A stretch of DNA of 62,683 nucleotides, the filler included, from Klebsormidium nitens (taxonomy: Eukaryota; Plantae; Klebsormidiophyceae): NCBI GenBank assembly GCA_000708835.1. It is 4 parts of 4 records of this genome, joined end to end, with 100 filler letters (N's around TTAATTAATTAA, not from the genome) between each part and the next. Parts side by side here need not be neighbours in the genome. Positions count along the whole stretch, not along the records: positions 52,116 to 62,683 come from DF238152.1; 3 more parts are not named here. The stretch is one strand, 5' to 3'. The stretch's first letter is position 1. Each line of letters opens with the position of its first letter. Shown here in pieces: positions 57,442 to 62,683 of the stretch. A program made the position numbers and the translations under genes. Under the pieces are notes generated by a model, which saw only the letters and a program-made list of their open reading frames with translations, was not told the DNA's origin and did not search any database.

Positions 57442-58445
57442 CTGATAGACGAGAAAGGACCGGAACATGTCAGATTGAAGGATGCTTTAAGTCGCAAGAA
57501 TGCTTTTAAGTGAACGTTTCTGCACCGTACACAAGGTTTCCGACAACCCAGGATCAATGGGAAGCACCTCGGCAGTGCCTTGTGTCCAAAATTGATGGCC
57601 CTTTTTATCGACATAATTTTGAGAGGGTTTTACCCATGTCAGACTGTTGAAGGTCAATCAACCCATCTCTGGCCGCTGAAGACTTGTGCGTGTTGTCTAC
57701 ACCATATGAAAATCAGTTGTGAAAAGCTATCGATATAGCCATGAGCTGCGTATGGGCTGTTTTTTTTCAGACCTGGAAAACAGATGCATACTCGTACAGA
57801 AGGCTGAGATTTGAGTAAAATAACCAGACCTGGTGATGCCAAACCTAAAACTCCTTAAGCACACTTCAGTCTGCCACATTTTGCTGCGGGGAAATCAGAA
57901 GGAAGAGGCTGTCTTGGTTGAGAAGCAGGACAAAGTTGCAACAAGCTCGTTCCGTCGTCCTGAACAGCACCTTTTCGGTGACATTAGGAGATGCAACAAA
58001 GAAATCACCTCCATTCTCGAGTCCTCCATACTTGGATCTCCTCCACCGCTCTCCACAGGCGTCAGGCATGTTTGCAACAGAGGCGGGACCGGGGCTGAGG
58101 CAGAATCCACGCTGCTTGAAGTTTGCCTCATCCCAAACTGCACAAGCAACAAACCGTGCAATCAGCTGAAGACATTGCTGACATCAGAAAATCAAATGAC
58201 GGAAATACTTTTTACGCAAGAGTTTGGACAGCTCGGACAGGCCCTGTCCGAGTCCACGCTATCAACTACAGTGGATTGAATGACATTGGCAAGCTGGACG
58301 GCATGAACACTTTGCGCCGGAGCTCGGACACGCCCTGTACGCTATCGACTACAGTGGATTGAATGACATCAGCAAACATAACGGCAGGAATACTTCGGTC
58401 CAAAACTTGGACAGCTCGGACAGGCCCTCAAGCTTCCAAGCTGTC
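52845..58445. repeat. Dispersed ~110-bp repeat family with TGATGACGTCATCA core and TTGGACA-CTTGGACA motifs
   Basis: Well-conserved copies at ~52895-53111 (two, plus a partial before) and inverted at ~56502-56755 (two). Degenerate copies at ~54260-54400, 55305-55375, 55440-55545, 55805-55980 and 58170-58445 (about three). Confidence 0.85.
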
Positions 58446-59694
58446 AACCACGGGAGACACCTAATCAGGTTTAGGCCATCAACAGGGAACGGTGAAGCCA
58501 ACGGGATGAATAATCACGTGTTTTACGCACCTGGCTGGCATCTCTTGAACGAACTTTTGTTACAGGACTTTAAGCGGATATTATAGCAATTGAACGGCGT
58601 GTTGCTAATTCAACCAGAACATTGCGTCTTTCCGCACTGCTTTGGAAGGCTTCCCTTGGCAGGACGTCAAGCTGACATCATAATGGAGTTACTAAAGCCC
58701 TATGGGATTGGAAAACATTGGAAAACATGACTTACCGATAGTGCAGATGGAAGCAAGTACCCGAGTTGCCTTCGACAGCTAGCTCCGTGGCAGTCTTGCT
58801 GCCGCGGCAATCCCCCGCTGGCTTCTTTCTTCAGTTGTCTGCTCAGACTGCTTATTCAATGTTCCTCCAATGAATTGTCAGCTTCATGACTAGCTAGTCG
58901 GAAACTAGTAAGCTAAGCAGGCAGATCTCTGGACTACATGGACAGCTACAGCGCTGTAACTATGATCTACAGCGCGTGTTTTGCGGCCTCAGCAAAGGCG
59001 ATGCGAAGAGCAGACAGGCTGTCCAGGCGCGAGCACATGGTCTGAAAATCCTGGACTCACTCACTCAGTGGCTTTAGCCTTTATCCCTTTAGGTGGAGCT
59101 CCTTGGTTGCAGGTCTGATACTACGCTCACACTTACCTGAAATTTTCCGGCCGGTCAGTGGTAAAACGGCCGGCCGGACACGGTGATTTCGCCGGAAAAC
59201 GCCGATCGCTCACATTACAAAAATCCGGTCGTTCGGCCACGGGGCTGGCGGTTATTGCGCGCGCGTAAGTCGACATTGCACGTTCGAGAAGCTTTATTCA
59301 ACGGTCCAGGACTGCCGTGAATTAGTTCATGATGATGCTGCAGTCTTGAGTCCAGCATGCTAGGGCTATTTGAGACGAACCTGTCGCATCCCCGCGCGCA
59401 ACAAGACTTCCGGTCTTCAAGGTCAAAGACCTCCGAATATTGGGAAGAAACTCATGATCGTTGTTGGAAACCTCAACTAAATGTCAAAAATCTGAGTTGT
59501 TAGCTTTGTTGGGCTGTATGAAAACAACAAAGCTTTGAAAGACCGAACATCATGATATTGGTCAAACTGGATAATGGTACGGGTATGAGCATTCTGGGTT
59601 TGCTCGTCATTTCTACTGCCCGGCCTGCTTTGATACAGGGATGGATTTGACAGCGAAGGTAGAACATACTTGATTTAGAAAGAAGGGAGACAGA

Positions 59695-60935
59695 ATGGCT
59701 TTGCGATTCCTTGAGCGCCTTATGGCGATGGCCGCAACCATTATGGCTCTTATGATGGCCTTTGTCATGCAATCCGAAGTAGAGGTGGACATCGAAAGAA
59801 ATTTTGGCGCTAATCGAATGTGGTGGATATTCCCAAGACAGCAAGCAGAATGGGATATCATACAAGGGTGTATTTGGAAAAGCTCACCAGCTTTGCTTGA
59901 CCAACAATGGAGGAAAAGCTATCGAATGTCGTTCGAAACTTTTTGCGAACTCGTGGAAGAATTGCGACCATTTGTAGAACATGCGAATACGAAATTCAGA
60001 CAAGCGATTGCTGTAGAAAAGGTAGTTGCATTTGTACTTTTTAGATTGGCACATGGATACTCGTCAAAGTTTGTTGGAAGGTTTTATGGGGTAGGCGAAA
60101 GCACCGTCATAAAGTATACTCAGATTGTTGTAGACGCCTTGTCCAATCCTGATTCATTACTACGTAGGCACATCTTCATGCCAATGGGAGCAGAGCTAAC
60201 GAGAATCATTGCAGAATTTAAAAGCACAACATGTTTGGACAACATGTGAGGGGCAATTGATGGGTCGCACATTAAAATCTATAGGAGGCCTAGAGCTGCT
60301 CTAGTCGCCGCCGAGTATTGGTGCAGACACGACTTCCATTCAATTCTTCTACAAGGAATTTGTGACGATCGGAGGATCTTCTGGGACGTGTGTACTCGTC
60401 TCCCGGGTGGGAGCCACGACGCCACTCACTTGCGGGCCTCTTCCATCTGGCAGAAATTGCGAGAAAAATCTGTGTTACAAGGACCGATTGTAAGAATAGG
60501 AGAGAAGGACATAAAACCATACATTGTTTTGGAGATAGTACAAATCCTCTGCAGGCACAAATTTTGAAACCATTCAACGCACGATCAGTAGGCAATCAGG
60601 CGCAAAACCTTTTTGATAAGAACATGAGGAAGGGAAGGGTGAAGATAGAAAATGCCTTTGGCATTCTAAAAAATCGATGGCAGATTTTGAAGAATTGCGG
60701 AGCCGAAGTAGAGTGGGTTGGACGCATTTCGGTAGCATGTTGTGTCCTGCACAACATTTGCCAAAGAGCCGGAGAGCCGGGCGATCATGAAAATCTTCAA
60801 GATCAGCATCCCAACAATCTTGCTGGAGAGAACGATGATATTCAGGTTCTTGAGTCGGAGGCTCAGAGTAAAGCAATAGGGAGGGACGTGCGTAATGCCC
60901 TACTGGCTGACTTTGCATCCCGAATGCTTGAATAG
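59695..60935 (+). pseudogene. Harbinger/PIF DDE transposase
   Basis: YRMSFETFCELVEEL, LFRLAHG, VGESTV, then NM*GAIDGSH (TGG>TGA at 60247-60249), PGGSHDA, GDS (after a frameshift at ~60528), IENAFGILKNRWQIL, ACCVLHNIC. Confidence 0.92.
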
Positions 60936-61462
60936 GATTAGACAAATTTTTGCAACATTCAGCCCAATGACAGAGAAATTTTTAGAATTTAGATGTACAG
61001 ATCAGTGATCATGAAGTTTTCTGGTGAGTCGTCACCAACTTACCGGTCATAATAGTAAATAACATTCTGCGTTGTCCTAATCCGTGGTTTCTGCACGCAA
61101 AGTGATTGTTATTGACGATTGCGTCATGCAATTACCTTGTTTGTTACAGCAATTTGTGATTGCACAGTGATGCAACAGAGCAGATTTCCACAACATGAAA
61201 AGAAGGATTCAAAGCATTGACATGAATTCGTACTTCCATAAGCTACATAGTCACGCTTATGAAACCGTCACTCCTTATCGTTTTGTTCAAAACCACATCT
61301 GGAAAGGAATCAGGACCTATAACGTCTTAGGAATAATATTTAGAATACAGTACAACAAGCATTCAGGCTCACAGACAGGTTGCAACAAACATCCAGACTC
61401 AAAACAAAACACAAACAATATGTAGACTGCAAATGGACTACAACAAAGTGGACTATAAATAC

Positions 61463-62439
61463 TCAAACTGCTTGCCCACCTGCATCTTGGCTTTCTCGAG
61501 CTCGTTTCCTGCTTCCAGATGCTTCCGTTCCCTCTTTCATCTTGGCTACCTCAACCATGAGCTCCATTTTCATCTTCGCAAGCTGCATATTAACTGCCTC
61601 GCTGCGTTCTGCCAAGGCATTTTGCTGATTCATCTGGTTGTTTGCAAGACTTTCCTCGAGATCTAGACCTCTTTGCCCCAAATCAGCAAACACTTTCACA
61701 AAGTTCCCAAACTCTTTTGCAAGTGCGCTGTGCCGGGGGGGTGATTTGACCTCTGATGATGTGTTCCTTTTACTGTTTCCCTTTCCCGAGACAGCCGGAT
61801 TCTTCCCAAATTTGTCGTTGAAGGCTGTGACAGGACTGTGAGGAACCCTGGCTTGTTTGCTGTCTGTCTGCTTGCGTGCTTTTCCATCCGTTTCTTCTTG
61901 TGACTTGCTGCACGTAACACTGCTTGGTGTTGCATTTGCAACTTGCGCAGCAGCCGCGGGCAAGATCTGATCTTCTTCCACAGGTGATTGCACTTCAGCT
62001 GGATTGACTGATTCCGAAGTTCTCGGGTTGTCAGAGGACTTGGGGCTTTGCAACTCTTCCACTACTAGCGGTGCTGGTGCACTTGAGTCGCAAGAGCCAG
62101 GAATTCCGGTCATCTTGGAGGAGGTGGCCAAATAGGAAGCAAGGCTGTCAAAATGCAACCAGGTGGTATTCACAGATCCCGTGCTGTTCTTTTTGCTGAG
62201 CTCTTCTTTGTACCTTTTCTTGAGGGTATCTATCTTTGTTTTGCAATGCTTCACAAGAAAATGGCCTTCTGTTTCACCAAGCGTTTTGTTTAGCTCGTTG
62301 CAACCTGCTCCCAACTATGCTTGCTGAAATTTCCCTTTCCAATGCGAGTATATTCAGTGCCCCATATGGTGATGAAATGTGCTTCCGTTGTCGCGTTCCA
62401 GAAGACATTTTTTGCCTCGCCGTCCTCTGTGGCTGCCAT
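61463..62439 (-). pseudogene. Harbinger ORF2, Myb/SANT-like (trihelix/MADF) DNA-binding protein
   Basis: MAATEDGEAKNVFWNATTEAHFITIW..HSWEQVA, frameshift at ~62298, then ELNKTL..CKTKIDTLKKRYKEE..WLHFDSLASYL, with a C-terminal coiled coil. Confidence 0.85.
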
Positions 62440-62683
62440 GGCGGTTGTGCAACAGAACTCTGTTGAAAGGCCTCTTGAAAGAGCTTCGACAGGGTGCAGA
62501 CCCTTTTTTGCGTTCAGATCTGGTCAAGATCTGCAGAAACTGGAGGTGGTGGTGACTATCGGGCGAGTGCCGGTTGCTACCGTTTATTACCGACTGGCGC
62601 CGACCGGAAAAAGTATGTAACACGTGGATCTTTATTAGGCAATTATAGCCGTAGACACGCTGATAAGCTCAACCTGATTATAT

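Larger units (their letters stand above)
59120..62620. mobile_element. PIF/Harbinger DNA transposon with convergent transposase and Myb/SANT ORFs; non-functional copy
   Basis: DDE transposase (+) and trihelix/MADF ORF (-); imperfect inverted similarity between 59143-59177 and 62570-62611. Exact termini and TSD are not established. Confidence 0.85.

Overview
Intron-rich eukaryotic genomic DNA. The gene style and transposon content suggest a streptophyte alga such as Klebsormidium, which is an inference. There are assembly gaps, three carrying a TTAATTAATTAA linker. Host genes: a repeat-rich multi-exon orphan membrane protein (1174-7818, -), eIF5 (-), an RS-subfamily SR splicing factor (+), a GT90/CAP10 glycosyltransferase (-), TTLL12 (-) and KTI12 (+). 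Mobile or accessory DNA: (i) a decayed Ty3/Gypsy retrotransposon whose polyprotein runs protease - DNMT3-like cytosine methyltransferase - RT - RNase H - integrase - PHD finger; (ii) an apparently intact PAT/TOC-type tyrosine-recombinase retrotransposon with split direct repeats, a Dam-like domain and signs of spliceosomal introns; (iii) a six-exon, frame-consistent phage/plasmid-type Prim-Pol + Zn-finger + D5_N primase gene, in which every visible intron carries copies of one ~110-bp repeat with a TGATGACGTCATCA palindromic core; (iv) a two-ORF PIF/Harbinger transposon with small inactivating lesions. The least explained items are the repeat-studded primase locus and the splicing signals in the YR retroelement.
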